A DNA stretch of 64,000 nt, from NCBI GenBank assembly GCA_973851085.1, contig OZ316775.1:7688001-7752000 (forward strand), in the 5' to 3' direction. The translations under genes and the position numbers were made by a program. The notes under the pieces were generated by a model, which worked only from the letters and a program-made list of their open reading frames with translations, did no database searches and was not told where the DNA came from. Positions 1 to 13,700 of the stretch are shown here, one piece after another. The DNA is from Ptychomitrium polyphyllum (Eukaryota). Positions within the stretch are counted from its first letter, which is position 1; each line of letters opens with the position of its first letter.

Positions 1-1124
1 GCAGGTTCCTCCTGTTCGGGCACTCTTGAGTGACTCACCTTCTGGTAACAACCACCATTTCTCTCTTCTGCCTAACGGACAACACCGCTCACAGCACTCT
101 GTCAGCAGCAATACCGTGGGCTTTATGCCGGCTGGCAGTTCCCAGGGAGAGAATACTGCTACCAAGACCACCTCGACTTCGTTTTTCCTGTTCGGCCAGT
201 CCATAGATCCCACCAGCAACTCTAAACCACAGCAGCAGTGTGTTACATCCGGAAACAGCTCATCGGATGGGCCCCTTCTCCATGACGGCCTGCGGGTCTC
301 GACCACTAGTAATTCTTCCTCGGACAACACATTAGAGAACAAGGACAGGATGAGAAGATTCCAGTCAGGTCATAATGGTGCATCTGGAGTGACGGGAGAT
401 GGAGCTATGTCACGGTACCGACAGAACGATAGTGGCCATTGGTCTGACCTTTCCATTGGGAGTGAGGTCGGCAGTTTGAGGTGGTTCAAAGACCAAGCTG
501 CTGACAGGGATAAAGGTTTGAATGAAGCACTTCATCATTGCAAAGTGTTTAAAGAGGGTGACGAAGTGGGACGGACCCTGGACCTCTCGAACTTCAACTC
601 TTACGATGAGATATATGACCGCCTGGCAGCTATGTTCAGTGTTCCTGTTCCAGATTTTAAGAATCGGCTGGTATACCAGAGTGCTGAAGGCTTTACCAAG
701 CATGTTGGAGCCGAACCTTACAGGTATAATTAAACGACAACTCTATACCTTTGTACAGCATTAATAGGTGCACATCATTTGTGTAGAGGACATGTATGGT
801 TAGGATGTATTTGATCTATATAGAAATATAAAAAATATGCAGGAACTGTATTTATTTCAGGTTTGTTGGGTGTGTCTCTAGGCGGATCTTAGAATCTGTA
901 GAAATGCTTGTTCCACCTTCTCAGGTGTGCCGACCTTGGTGATCATATCATATCTCAGCTTGCAACGAATCTTATTTTATGTCCATTATCCATAGGTGGC
1001 TGTTTCAGTTGTGTGCACCATGGTAACAAGTACCTATGTGGACGATTGCAGGAGCTTTGTCACAGCAGTCAGGCGACTCACAATCCTACCTGAATCAAGC
1101 AATGGGAGTGCAGTGCGATCATAG
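1..1124 (+). CDS. ARF: Auxin response factor, class C (ARF10/16/17-like), 3' part only; exons <2..723 and 1052..1124
   Basis: PB1 (domain III/IV) sequence HCKVFKEGDEVGRTLDLSNFNSYDEIYDRLAAMF and an FLFG motif. A phase-2 intron 724..1051 (AG|GTATAA ... TTGCAG|G) joins to give EPYRSFVTAVRRLTIL, the typical class-C ending; TAG at 1122-1124. The DNA-binding domain lies upstream of the window. Confidence 0.92.
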
Positions 1125-2325
1125 CTCAATTTCGTTTTCGTCTGATATATTAAGTATGCTCGATAATACCGGCACTATACAGTCGTGTACCTGCGTCTAT
1201 ATTATCGCTCGACTTAACGACTTTGGGTCGCCTATTTGACAATTAGGTCACCTGCTGAGGCTCGTTCATAAGATTCTAGGACAGCCTAAGAAAGGTTAGT
1301 AACTATTTGCAGGACATTTTGTGACAATTGCGTTGTCTCTTAAAAGTTTGCTTTTCAAGTGTCTCTACAAGCCGTTGTTTGTAGTATATCACAGACTTTG
1401 TGACTAGTGATAATGCACAAACAACTATGATTCAACTATTTTGTGTGTACATGTTGAATCACAGACTTCATTGTGTAATACATATGGGCACAGTTCTCCT
1501 TTATTGCGACGTGCCCTTAAATTAAACCTTGTCCAGCCTGCATGTAGGATGATATCAATGAACTGTCCACTCACAATTCTTATCGACATCTACGTTGAAT
1601 GCCTCCTAAGTTCCATTGTGCCAAAAGCCACAGCTGGTCGTCCCTATCCATCAAACCTTCATTTGAAAGTCACAAGGTAGTCACTTTGAAGGAAGGACTG
1701 AAAAGGATCAGTCTCGAACTTTCTCTCAGGGTGCTAAGAACGTCTGCACATATTCCAAACACATTGCGGAAACAAGCGCACTTCATCCGCTGTGGATCTT
1801 ACTCGACCTCGTAGCTTGGTGCTCAGCTGAGAGCGAACTTTACTTTCGCCTTCCTCTGAAGACTACCGTGGGCTGGGTATACGATATCTTGGACCGAGTC
1901 TAACGGGGTCTCATCAAGGAAATGTAAGTCGGAGGTAGAGTCCACCCGACAGCGTTCCACTGTACACTTTACTAATGTGGTTGATTAGTGGCCATGCCAT
2001 TCACTTCGACAAGTGTGCATTTGTTTGTGTGCATCATGACGGAGTTGCCCAAGACTCGGCAACTGTCTGCTCACTCCTATTGCCTCGCTGTTACAGTGGC
2101 ATTATGTCTGTGTTGTGACGTGACGTTGACAACCTCGGCATGTTAGTAAAAACAATCTGGACGCTGCTCACAGCAAGCGAACCTACTGCGATGTCTTTTA
2201 AACTAAGGAGAGAATTATAAAGTTCAGTGGCTGAGTCAGATAGTCAGGCATATACCCCATGAACTGATTGCTGTGGTGAAATTACGACCACCTTGTTAGC
2301 GGACATACTTGTTAAGCAGTAGCTG

Positions 2326-2360
2326 CAATAGTTGTCAATAGTTGTCAATAGTTGTCAATA
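2326..2360. repeat. 10-bp tandem repeat (GTTGTCAATA) x~3.5
   Basis: caata gttgtcaata gttgtcaata gttgtcaata, read directly. Confidence 0.9.
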
Positions 2361-3496
2361 TGAACAGAGTACTCCAGTCAAATACAACTTGTGACTATCA
2401 CATTACAGATCCTAAACTTTATATGAAAGCTGAAATACTTAAAATACTTTATTTATATACTCATGCTTCCAGTGATGATGCTCTTAGTTCTGAGGAGCTT
2501 CTTTGTGACCAGCGTCTTTGGCAACATCCTCCTCTGGCCATACACATGTTCGGATACGTTTATGCTTTCCTAGATGGCAAACCCGCCAGAACACTTTGAT
2601 AGGAGTAATCATGCAACATTTCTGATTGAAGTTTAGTGGCTTTGCTGCTTTCTTGCGTACCTCAGGTTTCTGCTGAATATTTGCATATATTGAATAGAAG
2701 TCATGCTCCCAGTGCTTGAATTTTCCTCTGCCACCAAGCTGCTTGTGGCCTTACTTGCAGCACACCGTCCTTACGTTGAAGAAGTTGCCATGACCAACAA
2801 CGTTAGAAGGAAACTAATGTTGAATGTATGACACTAGTAATCGGAGATTAACAACGAGTTTGTAGAGCAAGTGGGAAAGATGACAAAGAAAGATATAAGG
2901 CTGGATGGCAAGTTATAACTTGGTTGTCTGGAGATTGGTCGTCCCAAAGTAAATGTATTATTTAAGAAAATCTAGTTTCTTCGGAACGTAGAGAAATCAG
3001 AAATCAGTTCAAGAATATAACCATTACTTTAAAAGAGGTATTTATCGAAGTGCAGATTTATCATTTTTATGGACGCTTGCAAATTTTGATGACTGCTTTC
3101 AAGTTGAAAATTCGTCTGGTATTGGCCAACTTCTAATCCACGGACTTGTAATGCAGGGCTTAAAAAGGAAACAGCGAACTGGACTATTTTGTTGTATTGG
3201 AAGCCGTGCAACAGTATAGGTCGAAAGTGATGTATGATGTGTTCTATTTCACCTCTAGAGGAGCTGAGAAGAAGGCACCTGTATACTATGCCAAGCTATG
3301 GCTTTTAGATAGCAGAAGTGGGCTTCTAAATCAAATACAACATCTATATCGAAGCCCTGTTACGAAGATCACGAGTCTCTTACTAAAGTATTCTGAATCA
3401 AAGAATGCTATGATAATAGAGCACACCGTCCTTGCGTTGAAGTAATTTCTGACATATAATACGTTGACGGAATTGCGAATAGTGGAGCAGAAATAC

Positions 3497-6400
3497 CTCA
3501 ATAAGAATCGTAAGATCCACAACGATGGTAGTTACACAACTTAGAGCTAACCCCACTACACTCCGTGCAACTGATAATGACCCAATATCCGCATCAATCT
3601 GAAATCAAAGCATTTCAATGAGTTAGAGAAGTTGATTTTGAACTAGAGATTTCTCGTGGAGTAGAGGAACAGCAGTGGTTAGGATAAGCGCAAAAGAGAG
3701 GAAAGCAGGATCGTACCTCAAGGAAGTTGTCTTGACGCAAGTAATTATAAGTGGCAGTTTTACCAAGTAGGCATGCTTTTGGACCAATAATTCACCATCC
3801 AATAACCCTGAAATGAACATCAGTAACTTTGACATCACAATACAATTAATTCACAACATTGTATGCATCATATAAACGACCCTCAAAGAAGAAAATCAAA
3901 TCGAAAGATTATTGCTATCAACTAGGAGATAGGAAGTAAGAGAGTTGGGAAACAAAGTATGGTATTTAGCTGGAATCCTATTCACATTAAGACGGTAAGC
4001 AGGGGAATATTAAGTCCTAACATTGGTTTACAACGAAACTACTTGTTTGTTTACACATTTTCAGGCTGTAATATGGCTCTGCAGGAACCTGGCCATACAC
4101 GACGTTGAATTAGGTCTACTGCAGCAGAAGTGACAGAAGTTGAACACCTAATTGCATTCTACTAGCACATACCATACTGTAGCGCAATATGACTAGCATA
4201 AACTAGAGCTGTATGACATATTTCTATATACAAGGTATATTCTTTGCGAAAAGAAAAGCAGGCGCAAACCAACAAATTTTTATGATTTCCTCAATCAAGT
4301 GATGACGAGAAGGGGTTTTGGATACTAAGGGCCGAGATATGAGACTTCAGTGTAAAGTAGCAAACATAAATGAGATTTCTAGAGTCAAAGAAACAAGTTA
4401 CACCAAAAGGATCTGAGTTACTTGTAGATTAATTACAATGATAGAAGGTGGTTTCCTCCCTGCTGCTGACTGATACACGACACAGGAACACGCAATAAGC
4501 AACAGGTTTCACTTTTTTTTTTATCAAAACTAGAAACTAACATCATCGAACCATGACATACTCAGCGTTAGCCTCGTATACCAAGGAATTTTACTCTTTC
4601 GCTCACCTGAACACAGGAGCTAGGTTGCAAAGCAATATGATCGATCCTATGATCTGATTTCAGCTAATCCACAGCCAACAGCTTCAAAAGTGGTTTCCCA
4701 CCAGATATCTGATCATCAACGACAAGATTTTTAGTGGAAATTATAGTTTGCAGATTATTTGTCATGTCTTTACATATCCTGAATGCCTAGACCCCTTGGT
4801 CTAGAATAAGGAAAATATAAATTTCATTAAGTTCAGACAGAAAGAATATGTTACACATGTTGATGGCAATAAAAAAACGTATCACGTATTATATGTCAGA
4901 AATTACTTCCTGCATTAGCTATTAACTGTAATGTAATTTCATTATAATAATTTCCAGTACGGTAATTATGAAAGTATGCTTAGAAAGTACTTGACAACCT
5001 ATAAATCATCACCTATACTAAATCATAAATGAAATCAATGCTTATTTGAAATCTATCACATCCTGAGGACATATGTGATTGTGTGCACTTTCACCAGCAT
5101 GACAAAAACTCATACAAAAAATCTTGGTCTAAAGAGAAAATAAAGAGTGTAATACACACCTTGAGACTGTTCTTATTGTACATCTGGCTACGAACCGTAA
5201 ATCCTTCTACCCTAGGATCAGACCAACCATTATAGTCTTGGTCACTTGTAGTTCTCCTCAATGATGAATAGAACATGTTAGGATCCAGTTCAAAGGATGC
5301 GTTCCAGTCAAGCTCTCGGCCACTTCTCGTTGTTACAAAACGGGACGTAACGTAAGAACTTCCAGGAGCAGAAGTACATTAAATCTAGTACAAAATCTGG
5401 ATGTCGCTAAGTGGCAGAAGATTGAAGGCATGTGCAGATACTAAAGTAAAGATAATCAGAAGAGGGCAACTTATTACACAGAAATCAACAGTAGAAGGAC
5501 AGTTCTTTTCCATAGTTTTCGACACGCATGATTGCACGTGCAGAATTGAAACGGCAGATTTACCTGGCAATATTTTGGTTGAAAATCCGAGCGCACCACC
5601 CAAGGAAAGAGCTCGAACATAAAGGCAGAAACCTACCTGCTATGCGGCACAGCAGAATGTACAGAATAGTCGTGTGAAACTTCGAGTAATGACTTGGCTT
5701 CCGTCAGCCCCATCCTGTGGATATCACCTCAACAACTTATGTGACTAGTGATCGAGGAGTTCCCGAAACAGGCCTTGGTGGTAAGGGTGTAATTCCCCAG
5801 ATACCCTTACTACCATGGCCTGTTCACCATGAAATCTTTTTACAGTCCACGTTTTGCTCAACGAGACCTAACGAGTTCAAAATAGACAAATTGACACAAA
5901 TCCAACGTGATGAATGAGACAAGAGAACAAGTGTCCTGCCCGATTGCTTGACATCTACATCTCTTAATTGTAGGCACAGAAAGGAATTTTAGAAATTGTG
6001 ACTTACGACTTAAATGGATACGTTGAAAACCTGGTTTAGCTGGCCGACTTTTGTAAGTGGTTGAAACTTGTGTAATTCCTGCAACCAATACAAAAATGTT
6101 TCGATTTAAATCAATATACAAGTATAGCAAACATAGAATTCGTTCATCATCCTTCAATGCCAACCAAACAGCCCCTACAGTTCAAACTTACAGTGTACCT
6201 AATAAGCATATCCATCAAAACATATCATTTCAAAATTATTAAAATTGTACTAAATCAACGAAGAATTAGACCACACAATCTCAAAGAGAACATGTGTAGA
6301 CCACATAAGTTTGGCGTAAAATTCCATCAGAAGAGCCAAATTTATATATCTAGAGAAGAGGTTCACAGTAAGATCCATCCTGGTCGCGTCGCCAGTACCG

Positions 6401-8783
6401 TGAGAGAATAAAGTCCCGTTTACCATGAAACCTGCACAATTCACCCTCACGATTACACCAACTGTTAAAATTCATCCCTCACTACTGAAAAACCTGGCAC
6501 AAAATGCTAGTCGTGATTACTGACAATCATAACTGACAATCTTGCCTGGACATACTTTAATGATAACCTGGCACAGAAAGCTGAAACATCAATAGGAGAA
6601 TTTCTGAAATCAGCCCTAGAACATACAGGGACCGTACAATAAATTATGGTATCTCTTTCCTTATTTTCTAATGCTATGAACACATTATACCGATAAAAGC
6701 ACAATAAACAGAATTCGGATTCAGACCTCTTAAAATATTTGGGGTCGAATGTCCATACATAATGTCCGAATGTCCATCAATTTGCTCAACGAGCTTCAAA
6801 TTTCCGGTCAGTGTATCCCATCTGTGGCACTCCGGCAATGAAAACGTATGATTTGGGAATGTATCGAAACACAAGTGCTCTTGAACTACCTTAACTCCAG
6901 TGGCCTGTTATTCTCCTACTTAAAATCTGCTCAAAAATTGTTTCGGGAGTTGCTTCAAATCACACCAACTGCTTTCATTATTGTGCCTTTCTCTGCCTGA
7001 ATCCATGAATAGCAGGTGTAAACACGCAGATGTGCACCAAGGTGATTAGGTGTCAACTCCAATAAGAGCATAGAACAAAGCAAGACTTCATGCGAGAAAT
7101 TCTTATGACCTTGGAGGCTGTGATATCTTCAAAAATTCTGAGACCTGATTGCCTACAATACAACCAATCCGCCTTATTGTACATTCTTATTGTACAAAAT
7201 CAGCACAGGTATCTGATAGGCTGCCACCAGATAATTTGTATCTATGAAATGTCTCCAGATTAAACTATAATAAAACTGCATCTATTTCTAATCCCGTTGT
7301 CCAGCTCAGAAACTAGTTGAGACCTTATTGACTTACTCGTCATCAAGGTCAATGATTGGGCGGCTGCTGCAAATTCGCTCACTGGAGAATTCAGCCTGCA
7401 CGACAGAAGCAGGTTCACCACGCACAACAGAAATCAATTTTCAAGATTTGGCAAAGTGTGTGAATCAGGCCTCAGGGGAGGAACTGAAGTAAACAAACAA
7501 AATTGCTAGATATTATTCACCTCGTCCTTAGCATGCTTGAAAGCAGACACCCACTTGTCAAATTCCTCGGCAGTATTGCATGCGAACTGCTCAGCAATAG
7601 CCAGTAGCCGATTAATTCGGAGACCATGCTTCATTTAGGCAAAGTTTTGAACATTTTGATAATTAAAATGACCTAAACAAATCCAATATGCCAGAGAGTT
7701 GCTTATACACATGGCTAAATTGATGTGCTTCCATTATATTTATGACAATTGGTTCCACAGGTACCATTACTTGCCTCCTATGATCCAGGCGATTGAAAAT
7801 GCGCAGAACGTACAATGCCTGCAAAGAATCATATTCGAGTCATCGATCAGAGGAGAGTGATTAAAGTCGGTCAAACCTGCTTAGAGACTTCTACTTATTG
7901 ACGATGTACACATAAACCTTGTAGCATAGACCATTGGTAGACAACGAAGATAGGATGAAACATTGCACGACCCAAAAGCTTAACATATGGTACATACTCT
8001 TCCGTGATAAACTTGACGGCCCACTTCCTCCACCACCAAATGCGCTCCAACTATTCCACGTCTGATAGGCACACCTGCAGTATAGATGCACAAAGGAACC
8101 CTGACTCAAACATATCGCAATAAAAAACCTTCTCCATTTGAACCTTTAGTTTTTACAGTCAGGCACAGGATCAAACCAGCTCAAATTCCTGCAGTGAGAC
8201 TTTCTTGACCACCTAATACCTCCACATATTCAATCACTCTGAAAATTTGAAGCCTGGGCAAGACTTCAATCGTAAAGCCTCTATTCAGATATAACCCCTC
8301 AAAAAGTCGGCAATGTGTTGATGCAAAGATACTAATAAGCAAACACTTGGTGCAGGCATGTGAAGCAGAGAAAGGTAAAGTATGAGACGAGAAGCGTGGA
8401 CGTACAGCTCGAGGATACCCAATAGAATTGCACTTGAACATGGTCACATATTTCCCCTTGATTATCAGAAATCGGTCGCTGCAGAATGTGCCACCCGAGG
8501 AGCTCGTCCCGACGCGATTGACCCATCCCACGTATGCATGCATTCCCCTATCACTATACCTGTCGAAACCCATACTCGAATCTCTCCAACGGAACCACCT
8601 CTGCCTCGATCTTGCGACCCCGCTTCCTGCTCCGCCTGTGCCCCTCTGCTCTGAACGAATTGCTAAGCCACTTTGTGCAAGAGATGCATCCAAAAGTTCC
8701 CCCCCCGCCCTCCTTCTCACTTGGGGCGAGGACGGGGATGGTGGACAGGACGATCCCTCCAGCGGCTCGTAGGTCTTCACCAT
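3497..8783 (-). pseudogene. EDR2L: EDR2-like (PH + START + DUF1336) unprocessed pseudogene, about 16 recognisable exons
   Basis: Collinear exons, mostly GT-AG bounded. PH: GWVNRVG..DRFLIIKGKYVTMFK, VPIRRGIVG, ALYVLRIFNRLD, FACNTAEEFDKWVSAF. START: WDTLTGNLKLVEQIDGHSD, KRDFILSRYWRRDQDGSY. DUF1336: GWSDP, LLKLLAVD*LKS, VINLQ/VPA, YLRQDNFLE/IDADIGS. Lesions: in-frame stops at 4664-4666, 5704-5706 and 5737-5739; frameshifts near 6751, 6957 and 8073. The last exon was not found. Confidence 0.85.
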
Positions 8784-10787
8784 CACTATCACCGAACCTC
8801 CACATCGGCGCACTTGCTCCCTCTAGACTCTAGAAAGCTCCGACGTCACACTCAAGGAGGCTAACCTCCCGCAGTGAAAAATCTCGCCCGGGAAAGTTCT
8901 CATATGGAGAATCTCGATCCTTCTCTACAAAACTCCTCTTCGTACACCAGAACAACCAACGCTTTCTCCCCGAAACGCTCGAGCACTCATGCCATCGATC
9001 ACATGACCAACCACACATTACACAACACCCTCTCTACTGTTCACATCTCTGCTTTCCTGGTCTCCGCATCCATTTCCCACCAATATCCTGCGCAGCTGTG
9101 CAACAGCATCACAATCCCTCTCTCAAGATGACCAGCGGCAGAAAGAAGCTCCGCTAATCCCAATCAACAGAATCCAAACAGAAAATACCCAATTGTATGA
9201 ATAACCTGTGCCAAAGATCACACTTTGCTGTCACAAAGCGCACTCCGAGTCTACTCCAGTGACGCAACTGATGCAATCCTTGGATTTGGAATCACGAGTC
9301 CTTGAAAGTGATTGCTATTTCATAAACTCAGTCGTGGACTTCAACAGTGTTCCTGCGCGACCAGGATGCGTGAGACAACCATGATGAGCACAACTAACTT
9401 AGTTTACTGCATGCATGGTGTTCTGTCAAGGAGAATGATTCTCTCTGTTAGGAGTGAGGACTGCCTTGAGTCGGCTGAGCAGTGAGGAGATGAGAATGAT
9501 GTGGAATGAGTTTTTATTTTATTTGATAAAACTGAAGGAATCATTACTGAAAAAGAAACCCAAGCCAACCTTTGTGAACGATCAGTAGGGTGGAACTTAC
9601 ATGTGGTGTGAGTTACAGTTGCCAGTATAAGGGGAGAAGAAGAGAGTATTATACTTTGTAATTTTGATTATTGTGGATTTATCATGTGTTAGCAAGGTGG
9701 ATATTCTTGCAGCAAGGAATTGAACCATCAACCACCATGGTTGTGCATTGGCGTATTTATAGCCGTGCGTAGTTTAGGGTCATCTTGAATTGAGTTAGTG
9801 TGGTTTTGTTTTAATTTACTCAAGGCTCAAGTAGATGATTTGAGCCACCATCCAAACCTGTTGTTGGTAACTTGTCAACTTTGTCCATTGATAACTTCAA
9901 TTCCTGTGGAAGCATGCTCATGCAGATGATAAGTGCTTAGCGAAAGTAGTTAACTTCAATTCTGCACTACAGACCCAGTCCATCCCAATCTCATCACAAA
10001 TTCCTCCTTACCCACAGAGATTGTCATCATCAAGTTGTCACGCCGACTTCCATAAGTCAGTCGTTACGAAGTCACTAACTGTGGATATGGAATGTGAACA
10101 AAAATTTACCAAATCTCACTCCAAACTAAGTCATCAAATTAGACTCATATCTTCATGCATTCATTCTAAAATACCTTCACACCAAAACCAACATTCTACC
10201 ACGCTATAGCTTCGTTTGAGCTACCCAGAGTACCAGTTAATCCAGGATGTGAATGGTCCGATATGCGAGGCTGTAGGCAATGCTGTGCTATGATTACGAG
10301 GTTCTTGGTTCTTGGTTCAAGGAGCCAGCAATTCGTAAAAATAGTGTACACTAGTCTATGTATCCTGTTGTACCTACATGAAGCAACCCACTAGCATATC
10401 TGGCATATAAAACTAAAACATAGTGAACTTGCTACCAAATGGGAACTATAATATTGTAGACAATATGACCTAAGACGTAGAAAGCCACACAACTTAGCCA
10501 TACAGCCTGCGCATGAGAATACAACTCAGGTTTATTTCGTCAGTTTTACTACAATGGTTATATGAGGCCTTTCTATACAAATCATAATCAAAACTACAAA
10601 AGAATGTGTAAGACAAAAGTACAAAGTAGCTAACACCAGTTTTATGATGTTAAGATAGATGCTTGTGACTCCAGTTACTTGCAAACACCTCACGTAAGAG
10701 TGATTCTTCTGATAATTAAATTTTTGAGAAATCCTTGCACATTGAATTTTGCGTCTATACTACAAAAGAAGCAAAGCAGATTTAAGG

Positions 10788-13700
10788 TCAACTATCATCG
10801 TCCTCATCCTCCTCGTCGTCGCCATCTGCCTCGCCCTCCGGGTCTCCAATACCACCAAGTAATCCGTCAACATCTTCACCTAGTTCTCGTAATCGGCCAC
10901 TTAACCTCTCTACTTTAGTTTCTTCTTGACCGAGACACACTAGCAAGTCATTCAGCTCTCCTTCACTCTCCTTCTGGGCCCCCTTTTTACCTTCTTCACG
11001 AGCAGCCTCGAGCTCCTTCTGAGAGGCTGAGACAGGAACCACCCCATCACCTTGTAAAGCTGATCTCAGAGACTTGTTTTCTTCGTCAAGACGAAGATTT
11101 TCTTGTTCCAAAGCGTTGTATGCGTCAGAGAGGCCCTTGAAATCATTTTCTCTTTCTGCGACAATTTCTTTGTATTGAAGGTACTCTTTTTCAATTTCGT
11201 TCTTCTCATCACGAACTGCTTCAGCCCACTGTCGAGTAACCTCAGTTTGTTGCTTGAGAGCCTCCATTTCAGCCCTGTTTACTAATGCCCCGTTCCTTTC
11301 ACGAAGAGTGGAGGCGAGAGACTTTTCATCCCTAAGTTGAGAGCCTTCTGCCTTTGAATTTAGTAGGAGATAGCTTGTGAGGGCCGAATTCTTCTCAAGA
11401 AGTTCCTGGATATGAGAAACAAGAAATTAATAAAGATTTACCATACACATAAATTCAGATCATCAGGAATCAAAATGCGCAAAGGTTTAATGATATTACA
11501 GTACACTACCACAGGACAATAGTAGAGTTGAACGGTATAATTCATAGGCGATGGATCAAATGTGAAAGAAAATGAATAGAAGATACTAGTACTCTCTAGA
11601 ACCTACCTGGACCTCCTGAGCTTGTGTTTGCAGCAACAGCCTCAGGCGATGAATATATTCGGTGTCACTTTCTCCTTTCTTTTGCTGGAACCCCTTGAAA
11701 TCTACAACAATTCGAGTTTTTGGACGAGAAAATAAATCTACCACTCTCTTCTTTATGAGCGGTCCTAGTCGCTGAAGGAATGCAACAAACTCAAAATTGT
11801 AAAAGGTTGTGACCAATGGTTCCTTAGAAGTTCCACCAAAAATCTGAACCTGCTGCTGCTGATCGAAGGGGACAGAGACCATTCCATCTCCTGCTGCAGC
11901 AGCTGCAGCTGTCGATCTTGTTAAAGCTTCCGGGAGCCTAGATGATGATAAAGCAGAAGCAAAGAGTGAATTCTTCTCCATATCTTCCCACTTTGCAAAG
12001 AAACTTGTGAGGCCAACTCTTTGGCTAATAAGGTCAACAATTGCTGAAGAGTCTTTCGAATTTTCCTCAGAATTAAAAAGTATACATGCACCTAGCAAAC
12101 CAGCTGCTAGGCCTGCAACATGTACACTAGCTGTAGATCCAGTACTTCCAAGCAGCTCGATCAGAAAGGGGAGGTGTGCAGGCTCGTCCAGAAGAGCAGT
12201 CACAGCCGATGGGCATTCGACAACCCATATGACCAGCAAACGTAGAAAAACAGGTTGAAGCCAGACAGTCCCAGGATTGTGCTGGTTAGATGCACTAGTG
12301 GACGATGCAGAAGCGAGGTATTTCATACAGCGAGGTAACAAAAGCTCTGGAGAGGACGTAGAGGAAGAAGGGATTTCAAGAGGAATCTTCAATACCTAGT
12401 TAAAAACACAAGTACCAATACACAATTATTTAGAATGCAGAATTGCGCGCAAGAATGAAACAGAGTATTCGGTAGAAAATTGTTGGTCATTTGTGGATGC
12501 GAAAAATAACATGGTAACGAAGTCTAGAGAATAAATTGATAACGCATTCTAGTATTATAGTATTTCGTCTCCGTACTTCATCAAGCGTCGTAGTGAAAAG
12601 TACACAAAAAACAACGAAGTAAAGACGCGTGAAGCACATACTTGCTCTTTGCATTGAACATTATCCTTCAAAATATGCGACAGCGCACTAGCAGCTCTGC
12701 AGCTTGCCTGTGAAGGCATAACATTACTTATGTAAGCATCTCTACAAAACGAACAGCTCAACAGGAATGGGCGCGGAAACTAGGACTCCGTGATAACACT
12801 GGCGACGTATGGTTTTACGAACAGAACAGCAAAACAAAAGCACACATGTAACAGGGACTGATGAATACAATGTTATAGAAAACAATCTGCTGTACTATTT
12901 GAAGTGAATAATGCAGATTGCCAGAAGAAAACCAGATTGTATATGAGACTAAACAGAACTTCTATGCAAGACGGCCTACATGTCGTTGCGTACCAAGGCA
13001 ATGCTTCATAAAAATCAAAACTTACCCCTATATCGTTACGTCCGTCACTGGAGATAAGAGCCACCACAAGCATACTGCAATACGGAAGACAGCGTCAGAA
13101 AGAGCTATAAGGTCATCAAAGCAATCCAGCATGAGTGAAATGGATACTGAATTCTCAGAACTGACCTCCCAAACGATAGAGGACTCCCATCTTCCAGCGA
13201 CCGGTCATTTCCTGGAGCAAGAGTTTGTGGGATTGGAGTTATGGTGGATGCCAGCATGGTCTGCCCGTCCCAATTTCCCTGCAACCAACAATTCCATTAT
13301 TCAAATACAACCAACCACTGCATTTCCAGAACTTAGCAGAAAGTTATAAAAGCCATACTAAACCACATGCCGTATGCAGTTGAGGACAGCTAGGCATGAC
13401 AAAGGGGACTGATGGCATTCTGAAAACAAGAGAAATATATGGCTTAAATTAAACAAAACTGCCACTAAAGTTGGCGTGATCAAGAGGAACACCTCACAAT
13501 AGCACTTTACGACATATTCAGCTGCAATATACTCGCTCAAATTTGTAGATTTTAATAGAGTTCTCAAAATACACTTTAATGCTGGCTCTGTGTCATGCTC
13601 CTCTCCAATAATTTTAGTGCCAAGAAGATCTTGATTGGCAGGATGACCCACAACCAGATCACCAATACATCTTAGGGCCTGCACAAAAACCAAGATTACA

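Noticed and set aside
1..1124. miR160 target site expected in class-C ARFs
   Set aside because: Not visible here; it would lie upstream of the window.
8181..8813. 210-aa ORF as a standalone gene
   Set aside because: It is exon 1 of the EDR2-like pseudogene reading through into the intron.
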